Shown: one piece after another, positions 1 through 7,893 of the stretch
How positions within the stretch are numbered: the first letter of the stretch is position 1
How the letters are laid out: each line of letters opens with the position of its first letter
Origin: a virus
Taxonomy: Duplodnaviria; Caudoviricetes
DNA: 28,496 bases
Virus record (IMG/VR): IMGVR_UViG_3300020352_000028
Coordinates: 1-28,496 of that record
Reading direction: 5' to 3' (one strand)
Notes under the pieces: model-generated
What the model was told of the DNA's origin: nothing
Database searches by the model: none
What the model saw: the letters and a program-made list of their open reading frames with translations, nothing else
Translations under genes and position numbers: made by a program

Positions 1-13
1 ACAGCTTCCACCA

Positions 14-220
14 ATGGCAAGACAAATGCCATTGGATATGAACATGGGGCAACTCAATGATGCTTACCTGCAAGAGCAAGAGCAAGAGAAGCAACGTTTA
101 ATCCAAGAACAACAAGCACAATCTGAATTGAATGCTTCGATGTTTGGTGGTAGTCAATATGGTCAAGCTGATCAGTATCCAGCTACAGGTGCTGGCTTCC
201 AAGCAAAATATGTGAGTTGA
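14..220 (+). CDS. Q/E-rich hypothetical protein (frame is open to the window edge, so it may be the 3' part of a longer gene)
   Basis: 68-aa ORF whose stop lies 1 nt before the next ATG (222). There is no in-frame stop between position 2 and 14. Confidence 0.6.
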   Translation: MARQMPLDMNMGQLNDAYLQEQEQEKQRLIQEQQAQSELNASMFGGSQYGQADQYPATGAGFQAKYVS

Positions 221-221
221 C

Positions 222-509
222 ATGGCAGAAAACGATTCAAAATACACGAAACCAGATCTTCGTGAACGGATTAAAAACCGTGTCATGAAAGGAACTAAAG
301 GAGGTAAAGCTGGTCAGTGGTCAGCACGTAAAGCACAACTCGTAGCTTCCGAGTATAAGAAAGCTGGTGGCGGGTACAAAGGTGGAGAAGGTAAGAAGCA
401 AAAATCTTTAAAGAAATGGGGTAAGGAAGATTGGCAAACTAAAGATCAATATGAAAAAGGTAAGAAAGCTGCTACTGCAGCCAAAAAAGCTAAGGACAAA
501 AGATCATGA
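222..509 (+). CDS. Lys-rich basic protein, N-terminal half of a DUF5872-like family
   Basis: Motif YTKPDLRERIK...KGGKAGQWSARKAQLVASEYKKAGGGY...LKKWGKEDWQT, recognised from memory of the family. Tightly packed with both neighbours. Confidence 0.75.
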   Translation: MAENDSKYTKPDLRERIKNRVMKGTKGGKAGQWSARKAQLVASEYKKAGGGYKGGEGKKQKSLKKWGKEDWQTKDQYEKGKKAATAAKKAKDKRS

Positions 510-628
510 AACAAGCTAAAAAAGATTTACAGAAAATCTCTAAGCAATTGAAAGGTAGTGCCAAGATGCACGCCAGCCAAGCCAAGAAGCTTGACAAGCT
601 TGCTGGTAAGTATATGGAGAAAAAGTAA
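506..628 (+). CDS. small basic protein, 40 aa (MKQAKKDLQKISKQLKGSAKMHASQAKKLDKLAGKYMEKK); not in the ORF track
   Basis: ATGA overlap with the upstream stop (506-509) and TAATG overlap with the downstream start (626-630), so it fills the gap exactly. Confidence 0.7.
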   Translation: MKQAKKDLQKISKQLKGSAKMHASQAKKLDKLAGKYMEKK

Positions 629-1317
629 TGGGTTTAGCAGGAAAGTTTTTACCAGCTTTTAAACGTGAAGGTACTGCCTTTGTGCCTACACAAGAAATGA
701 ATAATGTAATAAATTTAATGCAAAGCAAAACAAATATTCCTATTAATATTCAACCTGCACCATCTGTTATAGCTGATATAGATGGAATGGGAATGTGGGG
801 ATCAGGAGGAGGAGTGAACTTTGGCGTCGGAGGTGAAACTTATGTTGATCCTGTTTTTGGCGATGTAACGGTTGCAGCACATGAAGCTGCTCATCAAGCT
901 TTTCCAAGTAGTCTTGCAACTGATCCAAATACGCCTAAAAAATTTCAAGAACTACTTGCGACCAGGATGACTCCAGAGATGGTTAATTCAGGAGCAGCAA
1001 TGCGAGCCGGATATGAAAATTTTGGTAAACACAGTCTCATAGAAGAAGCTAATGCACAAGGTGTTGCATATGAAGCAATGAAGCAAGCTGGCTATGAACC
1101 TAATAAACTTGGGTGGTCAACAATGCTTAGTTACCCTGCAGAATATAGTTTTGGTGGGCGTTACGATAAGGCTAAACCCATATATAAAGAAGTATTTAAT
1201 AAACCTGGTTTAGCTACTTTAATGCCAAAAGAAGCAGCTGAATTGGATAGAATACAAAGTTCTTTTGTTCCAGCAATCGAAAGACAATTTGGTTATGGTC
1301 GGAGCAGGCTTAGATAA
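628..1317 (+). CDS. putative zinc metallopeptidase (zincin-like)
   Basis: HEAAH (HExxH) motif preceded by beta-strand-like segments, with a downstream EEANA providing a possible third ligand. TAATG coupling at both ends. Confidence 0.6.
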   Translation: MGLAGKFLPAFKREGTAFVPTQEMNNVINLMQSKTNIPINIQPAPSVIADIDGMGMWGSGGGVNFGVGGETYVDPVFGDVTVAAHEAAHQAFPSSLATDPNTPKKFQELLATRMTPEMVNSGAAMRAGYENFGKHSLIEEANAQGVAYEAMKQAGYEPNKLGWSTMLSYPAEYSFGGRYDKAKPIYKEVFNKPGLATLMPKEAAELDRIQSSFVPAIERQFGYGRSRLR

Positions 1318-1526
1318 TGGCAGACAAAGCAATCCAATCTGACGGTACGACCAAACGTTACCTACCCAAGAAAGCATGGGCTTCTCTTTCCAAAGAAGAA
1401 AGGGAAGATACTGATCGTAAGAAACGAGAGGGATCTCGTAAAGGCAAACAATTTGTCAAGAATACTGAGAAAGCAAAAAAGGCTGGTAAAGCTGCTAGAA
1501 TGTATAAATCAAAATCTGGGAAATAA
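1317..1526 (+). CDS. Lys-rich basic protein, C-terminal half of the DUF5872-like family
   Basis: Motif DGTTKRYLPKKAWASLSKEEREDTDRKKREGSRKGKQFVKNT. TAATG coupling at both ends. Confidence 0.7.
   Translation: MADKAIQSDGTTKRYLPKKAWASLSKEEREDTDRKKREGSRKGKQFVKNTEKAKKAGKAARMYKSKSGK
1493..1501 (+). promoter_or_regulatory. putative extended -10 promoter element (TGcTAGAAT) upstream of the portal gene
   Basis: Matches TGnTAnAAT and ends 24 nt before ATG 1526. Confidence 0.35.
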
Positions 1527-3883
1527 TGTCTGAAGTAACTGGTCGTATTAAAGAGATTATTGATTCCTACATCGAGCGCGATGGTGGACAGTATGTTGAT
1601 ACGGGCATTGTTGCCAGTCATATTGCACAGATGAAACTCTTTGGCATTCGCCAAGGTGTTGAATTTTTTCCTGCACAAGATAACTTCGGTAATCAGCGCA
1701 AGGATTTTATTAGTAAAGTAGTTAAATACAACAAATTAGATACACGGTTAGATTCGGTTTGGGATTACTTTCTTTGTGATGGAAAAGGGCTTTTTTACAT
1801 CCGGCCTACTGAAACTAATTATCGTCTCTATTTTTTCCGTAGCCATGAGTATCGCAGTTATTACAATGTCGATGGCGAACTAGAAGAAGTTGTAATTATC
1901 TATAGCTATAAGGTAAAGACTGGTAAAGCAAATATGTACCAGGACATGGGCCTTGGTGGTCTTGATTCAGTTCAAGGTACAAAACCAGGTGATACTCCAG
2001 GTCAGAAACGTTATATCCGATTGTCGATTAAAGCGACCACAATTGAAGAGACACACTCAGAAGGTGAGATGTCTTTTGATAATGTCAATGGAATGATGCC
2101 AGGGAAAACAAAGAAATTTCCTAATCAATTACGCTTTATTCCTTGTGTTGAGATCTTCAACAATCCAAAGGGATTCACGATGGATGGTAGCGGTGAATTT
2201 GATCAGATGGCAAATCATATTGTTGCTCATGATGATCTTGTTCGCAACATGAAGAAGAACTTACAGTTCTTTGGTAACCCTACGTTGCTATCGTCCAGAC
2301 CTAAGACAGATCTAATGGAGCCTGGTAATTCTGAGTCTGGTCCGCAACGACCATCGATTGCAGCAAACTCAGGTTTCACAAGTATGGCTTCGATGAGCCG
2401 ATCTACTTTTAAACAAGATCCTATTACTCGTGGACTAGATGGTCAGATGCGTGTGCCACGGGTCATCGCTAACCTTGAACCGAATGATCGTGTTGGTTAC
2501 ATTGTTCCAGATGCTATCTCAGGCGACCAAAATGCTTTCGTACGTCAGTTCAGAGAAGAGATCTTAACTTCCTTAGGTGGTGTAGACGAACTCTCTATTT
2601 CCGCTGGTGTGACTGCAACTGAGTACAAATCACTATTCGGACGTGTTGCAGCAACTAGCAAAAAGAAAGCTAATTCTATTTACACACATGGTATCTGCCG
2701 TTGTTTAGAACTTATTATTTATCAAGAAGAACAGCTATTCAAAGATACGTTAGCTGCAGCTGCAAAGTTTGAGAAGCCTATTCCACCATCAGAGAATGCA
2801 GGTCCAGAAGAAGAGCAGCAATATCAACAAGCAATGGTTCAATACGAAGCAATGCTCAAGAAGCTATTGATGGCTTGCGTGGAAGCAAAGATGATTCCTC
2901 CTGGTGTTAAAGGACTGATTCCTGATGGTGATATTACAATGCAGTGGCGTTGGTTAGGCCCTGTTTATGAAGAATCAACGCAAGATGTTTTAAATAATTC
3001 AATTGTTGTACGTAACCTACAGGAGTTAGGTGTTGATAGCATTGAAGCACTGAAATATCTTTTCCCATCAAAAACAGATGAGGAAAGAGCGGAGATGCTT
3101 TCGGGCTTCCCGTTCAGGATGGTAAACGAATTACAAGGAGCTTATTCAGCTTTTTCTCGTTTGGTAGGGGGCATGATGCAGACCCCTCACCCTCAGGCCC
3201 CAGATCTGCCCATGGCGGCAGACCCAAGGTTAGACCTAACACCTTATCTGTATCGAACACTAGAAGCGTTACAAAAGGAGATGAGTTATGCAGGACGCTA
3301 CCGTCCAATCGATCCCACAGATGAGCCCTCAGTCCGTGGCACCAAGCAATTACGTGGCGGCAGCCCCGCAAGCGCCGGTGGCACCAGCGACTCAGGCTCC
3401 GGTGGGAACGTACTACCCCCAGGCGGTTCCCCAGGCGGCACCTCAGGGAACTACCAGTTACCAATCCGTCCAGTCTCAATCCGTCCCCCAATCCCAGGGC
3501 TCGACGGCACCTCAGGGGAATCCATGGGAATCGGCCTTCAACAAGGTAGTGAACCTGTTGGGCAGCCCGGTGCAATCCCCGTTCCAGGGAGTACCATCAC
3601 AGGTCCAGGATCAGGCTCCGATTCAGTATACCCAGGCAAACTGGGGTACTCAGGCAGCTCCAGCCCAGGCTCCAACTTGGGGGCAATCGGCTCCTCAGAC
3701 CTCGCAAACAAGCCAGACCTCATACAACAACTCTTCCCCAACCTACTCAGTCAGCTCGTTGGCGGACGTAGCGGAAGTCCTGGATTGGAGTCCAGAGAGT
3801 CGGATGGTGGTGGAAAACTACGGGACCGAAGCACCAGCGATTCTAAACCAGTACGCTCTAAATCTCGAAGGCGTAGTAGATAG
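1526..3883 (+). CDS. putative portal protein with a ~200-aa low-complexity C-terminal extension overlapping the next gene
   Basis: 785-aa ORF in the canonical position upstream of scaffold and capsid genes. The ~590-aa globular core is portal-sized and includes portal-like segments (IPCVEIFNNPKG...GEFDQM, FFGNPTL). Confidence 0.65.
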   Translation: MSEVTGRIKEIIDSYIERDGGQYVDTGIVASHIAQMKLFGIRQGVEFFPAQDNFGNQRKDFISKVVKYNKLDTRLDSVWDYFLCDGKGLFYIRPTETNYRLYFFRSHEYRSYYNVDGELEEVVIIYSYKVKTGKANMYQDMGLGGLDSVQGTKPGDTPGQKRYIRLSIKATTIEETHSEGEMSFDNVNGMMPGKTKKFPNQLRFIPCVEIFNNPKGFTMDGSGEFDQMANHIVAHDDLVRNMKKNLQFFGNPTLLSSRPKTDLMEPGNSESGPQRPSIAANSGFTSMASMSRSTFKQDPITRGLDGQMRVPRVIANLEPNDRVGYIVPDAISGDQNAFVRQFREEILTSLGGVDELSISAGVTATEYKSLFGRVAATSKKKANSIYTHGICRCLELIIYQEEQLFKDTLAAAAKFEKPIPPSENAGPEEEQQYQQAMVQYEAMLKKLLMACVEAKMIPPGVKGLIPDGDITMQWRWLGPVYEESTQDVLNNSIVVRNLQELGVDSIEALKYLFPSKTDEERAEMLSGFPFRMVNELQGAYSAFSRLVGGMMQTPHPQAPDLPMAADPRLDLTPYLYRTLEALQKEMSYAGRYRPIDPTDEPSVRGTKQLRGGSPASAGGTSDSGSGGNVLPPGGSPGGTSGNYQLPIRPVSIRPPIPGLDGTSGESMGIGLQQGSEPVGQPGAIPVPGSTITGPGSGSDSVYPGKLGYSGSSSPGSNLGAIGSSDLANKPDLIQQLFPNLLSQLVGGRSGSPGLESRESDGGGKLRDRSTSDSKPVRSKSRRRSR
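3276..3280 (+). promoter_or_regulatory. Shine-Dalgarno site (AGGAG) for the scaffold gene, inside the portal CDS
   Basis: AGGAG 7 nt upstream of ATG 3288. Confidence 0.6.
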
Positions 3884-4283
3884 TGCTCTTGCTTGGGGAT
3901 CTGAAGCCCAACATCAGTTTGCTCGTGCAGCTGATTTCATGATCACTGAGCATCAGGAGAATCTCGCTTATAACGAGATGCTTACTAATCCTGATATCTT
4001 GAGTGACTATACACTTAAGTTCTTTGGTCCTGAAGGTCCATACCCCGTGTATGAATCTGAAGCTGAGTTAGCTACTCCTGGTTATCCAACTGCTGCTGTT
4101 CCTATGCAGCAAAACAATGTTGCTGGTCTACCTGCTCCCCCACAAGCAAGTGCACCACAAGCTCCCCAAGATTTCTGGGGTTCTTTCAAGCAACAGATGG
4201 ATCAAGATCCTAGCCAAGCCTGGCGTGTCATCAACCAAGCCTCTCCTCAAGCGATTGCTAATAAGCTTTTCGTAATGGAGTGA
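3288..4283 (+). CDS. putative capsid scaffolding/assembly protein
   Basis: 331 aa, Q/P/A-rich and acidic with a helical C-terminal part. Has its own SD and lies between portal and capsid. The 3' third has typical phage T-ending codon usage. Confidence 0.65.
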   Translation: MQDATVQSIPQMSPQSVAPSNYVAAAPQAPVAPATQAPVGTYYPQAVPQAAPQGTTSYQSVQSQSVPQSQGSTAPQGNPWESAFNKVVNLLGSPVQSPFQGVPSQVQDQAPIQYTQANWGTQAAPAQAPTWGQSAPQTSQTSQTSYNNSSPTYSVSSLADVAEVLDWSPESRMVVENYGTEAPAILNQYALNLEGVVDSALAWGSEAQHQFARAADFMITEHQENLAYNEMLTNPDILSDYTLKFFGPEGPYPVYESEAELATPGYPTAAVPMQQNNVAGLPAPPQASAPQAPQDFWGSFKQQMDQDPSQAWRVINQASPQAIANKLFVME

Positions 4284-4287
4284 TTTA

Positions 4288-4812
4288 ATGAGACAACTTG
4301 CAGGTCGTTTTTTAAACGGTATTACAAGTAGTCCTCTTCAGTCAGCAGCAGCCGGTGGTCTTGCTACCGCCGGTTTATCTGTTGGAGGAAACCTCGCTTC
4401 TGAAGAAGGACGTGAAAAAGGTGCTGCACGTATTGCTCTAGAAGCTTTAGGTGCTGGTGCATTAGGAGCTGGTGTTGGCTCACAAATTCCATCGTTAAAA
4501 AAAGAGTATGCATCTGTTGACGGTGCCAAGGTAAGGAGAGGGCTAGATAAAGTCGTTATTCCTGAAACTCAGCAACAAGTCGTACAACAAGATCGCTTAA
4601 TTAATGCAGTGCAACAAATTAGTCCTTATGCGGGTGGCGCCGTTTCTGGACTTGGTTTATTAGCTGCAGGTGGCTTAGGTGGACAGATTGGTGGTGGTGT
4701 AGCCAACCTTGGAAACATGGCTGGTCTCGCTATTGACCCTGAATCACCTGGATCAAGCAACACACAAGGCTCGCGTATGAGTATGCGAACCCAGCAGTTA
4801 CCTATGTATTAA
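4288..4812 (+). CDS. Gly/Ala-rich protein with glycine-zipper-like hydrophobic segments (probable virion protein)
   Basis: 174-aa ORF with GxxxG-rich hydrophobic stretches, located in the head module. Confidence 0.65.
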   Translation: MRQLAGRFLNGITSSPLQSAAAGGLATAGLSVGGNLASEEGREKGAARIALEALGAGALGAGVGSQIPSLKKEYASVDGAKVRRGLDKVVIPETQQQVVQQDRLINAVQQISPYAGGAVSGLGLLAAGGLGGQIGGGVANLGNMAGLAIDPESPGSSNTQGSRMSMRTQQLPMY

Positions 4813-4832
4813 TCAGTACATGTATTACAGAC

Positions 4833-4905
4833 TGCTAAAATTTAATGTAGATAGGACTTTTTGTCCGATCTTTCATCCGACAAAACTATTCCTGCGAACT
4901 GGAGG
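4833..4905 (+). promoter_or_regulatory. capsid gene upstream region: extended -10 (TGcTAAAAT, 4833-4841), 5' hairpin (4859-4885) and SD GGAGG (4901-4905)
   Basis: Motifs read directly. The hairpin is TTTTGTC-c-GAT-ctttc-ATC-c-GACAAAA. Confidence 0.5.
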
Positions 4906-4915
4906 ATAAAAGACT

Positions 4916-6079
4916 GTGTTCTTAGACAACGATTTTCCTAAGATTTTAGGTGCGGAACTATACCGCCCCCATCCTGCTTACATTTGCGAGATGGCCGTTG
5001 AGCCTGTGGTCGTTCATGACTTCACCTCACAGCCTGGTCAAACTGTACAGTTGGATCGCTACAAGTTCTGGGGAACGCCCGGCACCAAAGATAGCCGCGA
5101 GCGTATCTCAGACCAGACTATTGGTACTGCTAATAGCCGCAACATCACTAAAGAAAAAGTGCTTGTTGTGCTTAAGGAGTACACCGGCCCTGCGGACCCA
5201 GGTGATCCTACACAGCCTTCTACCTTTAAGATTGCTCGTGAAACTCTGATCACTGCTCAGCGTTTGCTGCTTGATACCGGCAACCTGAACATGTTCCACC
5301 AGTCCATCGGTAGCTTGACGCTGCTTGATGACTATCGTCGTTGGCGTGACCGCGTCTTCATTGACGAACTTGCCAAAGCAGAAGCACAAGGTCAATCATC
5401 TTCTACGCAAGGTGGTTACTACTTCGCTGGTGATAAGGCCAAAGATACACAAGGTCGTGTTTCTTACACAGCTGCAGAATATACTGCACAAGTACAACAG
5501 TTCTCTGTCCGTACTGACCTTCTTGAAGTCGTAAAAGATCTTCGTAAGCGCAACGTACCTACCTTCGCAGATGGTTTGTATCGTTGTATTTGCGATCCCG
5601 TGTTCATGATGCATCTGCGTCGTGACGAAGACTTCCGTGAGATTGCGCGTTATGCAGGTAATCCTGGTCAGGGCATGTATATGTCCAACCCCATGATGCC
5701 TAACAACAGTAGCTTCTACATGGGACCACAAGCTGGCCAAGGTTACTTCCTTGCTGGTGAGCCCGTCATGCCTACTGGCGTTCAGTTCGAGGGTGTTAAG
5801 TTCTTCGAGTCAACTAACTTCCCCAATAAGAGTCTTAGTGCATCGTTTGATGCAGGTGCTAATTATGCTTCTGAGGAAGTTGCACAAGGCTACTTCTTTG
5901 GTCCTCAGGCAGTTGGTGTTGGTATCGGCGGTCCAAACGCACAAGTGCTCATCAACAACAACGATGACTTTAGTCGCTTCATCATCCTGATTTGGCAGCT
6001 TTACGCAGGTTTCGAGGTTCTGAACAAGGACTTCATTACCAATGCATTCAGCTTCCTGTCTGACGATGGCGTGGTGTAA
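4916..6079 (+). CDS. major capsid protein (HK97 fold, N4-gp56-like)
   Basis: 387 aa with GTG start and strong SD. High-expression codon bias (TTC/AAC/TAC/CGT). Segments DFTSQPGQTVQLDRY, DLRKRNVPTFADGLYRCICDP, GVQFEGVKFFES and FFGPQAVG...DDFSRFIILIW resemble this capsid class. Confidence 0.85.
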   Translation: MFLDNDFPKILGAELYRPHPAYICEMAVEPVVVHDFTSQPGQTVQLDRYKFWGTPGTKDSRERISDQTIGTANSRNITKEKVLVVLKEYTGPADPGDPTQPSTFKIARETLITAQRLLLDTGNLNMFHQSIGSLTLLDDYRRWRDRVFIDELAKAEAQGQSSSTQGGYYFAGDKAKDTQGRVSYTAAEYTAQVQQFSVRTDLLEVVKDLRKRNVPTFADGLYRCICDPVFMMHLRRDEDFREIARYAGNPGQGMYMSNPMMPNNSSFYMGPQAGQGYFLAGEPVMPTGVQFEGVKFFESTNFPNKSLSASFDAGANYASEEVAQGYFFGPQAVGVGIGGPNAQVLINNNDDFSRFIILIWQLYAGFEVLNKDFITNAFSFLSDDGVV

Positions 6080-6111
6080 GTTAAATCTATAAACCTCTAT
6101 TGAGAATGTAA

Positions 6112-6882
6112 ATGGCATACTTATCTGCTAAGAAAATTTATCCAGCCGATATGGCTGAGCCTCTTAACGGTTGGTATCAAAATATTGATACCAACGAAAG
6201 TGGAACCAACGATAGCTCTAAAGGCGGCCCTACTTCTGTATTGGCTAATCCCGGCTGGCGCTTTTTCCAGCTCCGTGGTTACGTTCCTGTAACCAATGCT
6301 TCTGGTGACGGTTATGTCACTACTGCTGAAGTCATCATCCCTTCTCCTTATAAGAATGATGATACTCGTGTAAACATCACTGGCATGGTTGTCGGCGCTA
6401 CTGCTGACCGTCCTGCTTATGTTTACCGTTCTTCTGTTTCAGTTGCCCAAGGCTGGGGCGACGGACGTGTCGCACTTGATGGTCTCACCACTTCAGGTGC
6501 TACTCAGGTGATCGGCTTTGGTCCTGGTACCGCTAGTGCTCCTACCACCTTCTCTGGTGTTGTACAAGGCGCTAACGTTACTGCTGTATCGAACAACATC
6601 GCTGCAGGCACAGGCGGACTGGGTACTAACCCCTTCCAGACTGCTACGACCTTGACAGCCCCAATGCTCTATAAAGAGTACACAGCTGATCAAACGTTCC
6701 GCGTCTATTCAAAGGCAGCTACTAACTCCACCGCTACTAACGGTGGTTGGGCTATCTCTGATGCTGACAAAGCAGCTGGTCGTTATGGCTACATCCTGGT
6801 TGAAGTTTGCTTTGTCCAGCCTGATGTATCTGTTGAGTACGACGATCTTGAGCAGTACCTCCCTTACAAAATTGCTTCCTAG
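6112..6882 (+). CDS. virion structural protein (capsid decoration/minor capsid candidate)
   Basis: 256 aa, T/G/A-rich and beta-type, directly after the capsid gene with similar high-expression codon usage. Confidence 0.6.
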   Translation: MAYLSAKKIYPADMAEPLNGWYQNIDTNESGTNDSSKGGPTSVLANPGWRFFQLRGYVPVTNASGDGYVTTAEVIIPSPYKNDDTRVNITGMVVGATADRPAYVYRSSVSVAQGWGDGRVALDGLTTSGATQVIGFGPGTASAPTTFSGVVQGANVTAVSNNIAAGTGGLGTNPFQTATTLTAPMLYKEYTADQTFRVYSKAATNSTATNGGWAISDADKAAGRYGYILVEVCFVQPDVSVEYDDLEQYLPYKIAS

Positions 6883-6943
6883 TAATTTTGTAAAAGTGCA
6901 ATAAATAAAGCTAAGATAGGACCAGTAAATAAATGCTGGTCCT

Positions 6944-7354
6944 ATGCTTTATAAACATAACAGAACAGGGGCACGACTTAAAGTTGTAACTGAATGGGAT
7001 GAAGGAGATTGGTTCATGGTCGAAGATCAGGACGGTAAGGTCTTCACTGTATATAAAACAGAACTTGTCCCAGATGAGCAAGCGACGAAACAAGTCAAAA
7101 CTCTTCAAGTTAAAGATGCAGCAAAAGGTGACGAACCACGCAAGTTCCCAACTGAAACTCGTTTAAACATCAATGGCGCAACTGCTCAAATGATCGCTGA
7201 TCATATTAAAGGAGTTGGTATAAAAACAGCCAGAGATATTAAAGATTTGCAATCTTCTTTGTCGGGTGAAAGATTTAACAATCTTGAACAGTTGCGACAG
7301 ATTTCACGAGTTGATTGGGACTCTGTGTTTGCTGCAGACCTTGTTCGTGTTTAA
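6944..7354 (+). CDS. helix-hairpin-helix (ComEA/HHH_3-like) DNA-binding protein with a small N-terminal beta domain
   Basis: RLNINGATAQMIADHIKGVGIKTARDI...FNNLEQLRQI matches the ININxA...L.GIG...A..I...F..LE.L pattern. Confidence 0.75.
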   Translation: MLYKHNRTGARLKVVTEWDEGDWFMVEDQDGKVFTVYKTELVPDEQATKQVKTLQVKDAAKGDEPRKFPTETRLNINGATAQMIADHIKGVGIKTARDIKDLQSSLSGERFNNLEQLRQISRVDWDSVFAADLVRV

Positions 7355-7356
7355 TC

Positions 7357-7377
7357 AAAGCCCTTCGGGGCTTTTTT
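7357..7377 (+). terminator. rho-independent terminator
   Basis: AAAGCCC-TTCG-GGGCTTT stem with a cUUCGg tetraloop and a T run, 2 nt after the stop at 7354. Confidence 0.9.
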
Positions 7378-7408
7378 AATTTATAATGAAAGGATACGGT
7401 TGTGGAAA

Positions 7409-7891
7409 GTGTCACAGTTATCCGATTTCAATAAGAGTCGTATTAGATACCATCTGGGTTACTACATTGTTAGTATTCCAGCAGGTGACTATGCGAGCTT
7501 AGAGGAAGCAATGAATTCCGTACCGGATTCAGTGTTTGCAGATAAACTTGTTTATCAAATTGGACGTTGTGATGCAGCTGAACGTAAGACGCAATTAGCT
7601 TCTTTTGAAACAGATTTCCAACCACCGAGTACAAGAGTTGAAGGCATTGTTGGAGACGTTGATCGTACGATCCGTTCTAGCAATGTCAAGGAAGCTTTAA
7701 AAGTATGGGACGAAGTGTATCTGTATGAGACTAATCGTCTTGCACAGATTCTTTACGTACCTAACTATAAAGATCCTTTCCAGGCACGTTATCGATACGA
7801 GCGTTCCGGAGCAGAGTTTATCATGGCTCTACCTGGACCTGCAGATACAGCTGTAGGTGCCAACCTCTACCTCCACGTTAATTATAGATAG
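7409..7891 (+). CDS. putative head completion/head-tail adaptor protein (start GTG 7409, or TTG 7400)
   Basis: ~160-aa helical protein beginning LSDFNKSRIRYHLGY, located downstream of the capsid genes. Function inferred from position and size. Confidence 0.5.
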   Translation: MSQLSDFNKSRIRYHLGYYIVSIPAGDYASLEEAMNSVPDSVFADKLVYQIGRCDAAERKTQLASFETDFQPPSTRVEGIVGDVDRTIRSSNVKEALKVWDEVYLYETNRLAQILYVPNYKDPFQARYRYERSGAEFIMALPGPADTAVGANLYLHVNYR

Positions 7892-7893
7892 TC

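Noticed and set aside
71-88. CAAGAG x3 tandem repeat (similarly the GAT runs near 17410 and 19058)
   Set aside because: These are simple coding repeats for QE and poly-Asp tracts.
510-1316. Self-splicing intron between the two halves of the split basic protein
   Set aside because: The interval is fully occupied by translationally coupled ORFs, both halves have their own start and stop, and no group I/II core was recognised.
3114-3741. Antisense ORFs 3114-3575 and 3538-3741 suggesting triple coding
   Set aside because: The locally high GC explains stop depletion, and there is no RBS or recognisable motif.
4816-4828. GTA...TAC upstream of the capsid promoter as an NtcA box
   Set aside because: The spacing is N7, not the GTA-N8-TAC consensus.
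4950-6118. Several alternative-frame and antisense ORFs over the capsid gene
   Set aside because: They are expected shadows of strong codon bias, with no start signals or protein-like motifs.
6944-7354. HhH protein as photosystem II PsbU
   Set aside because: There is no signal peptide, the GVG HhH motif is intact, and the capsid-operon context favours DNA binding.
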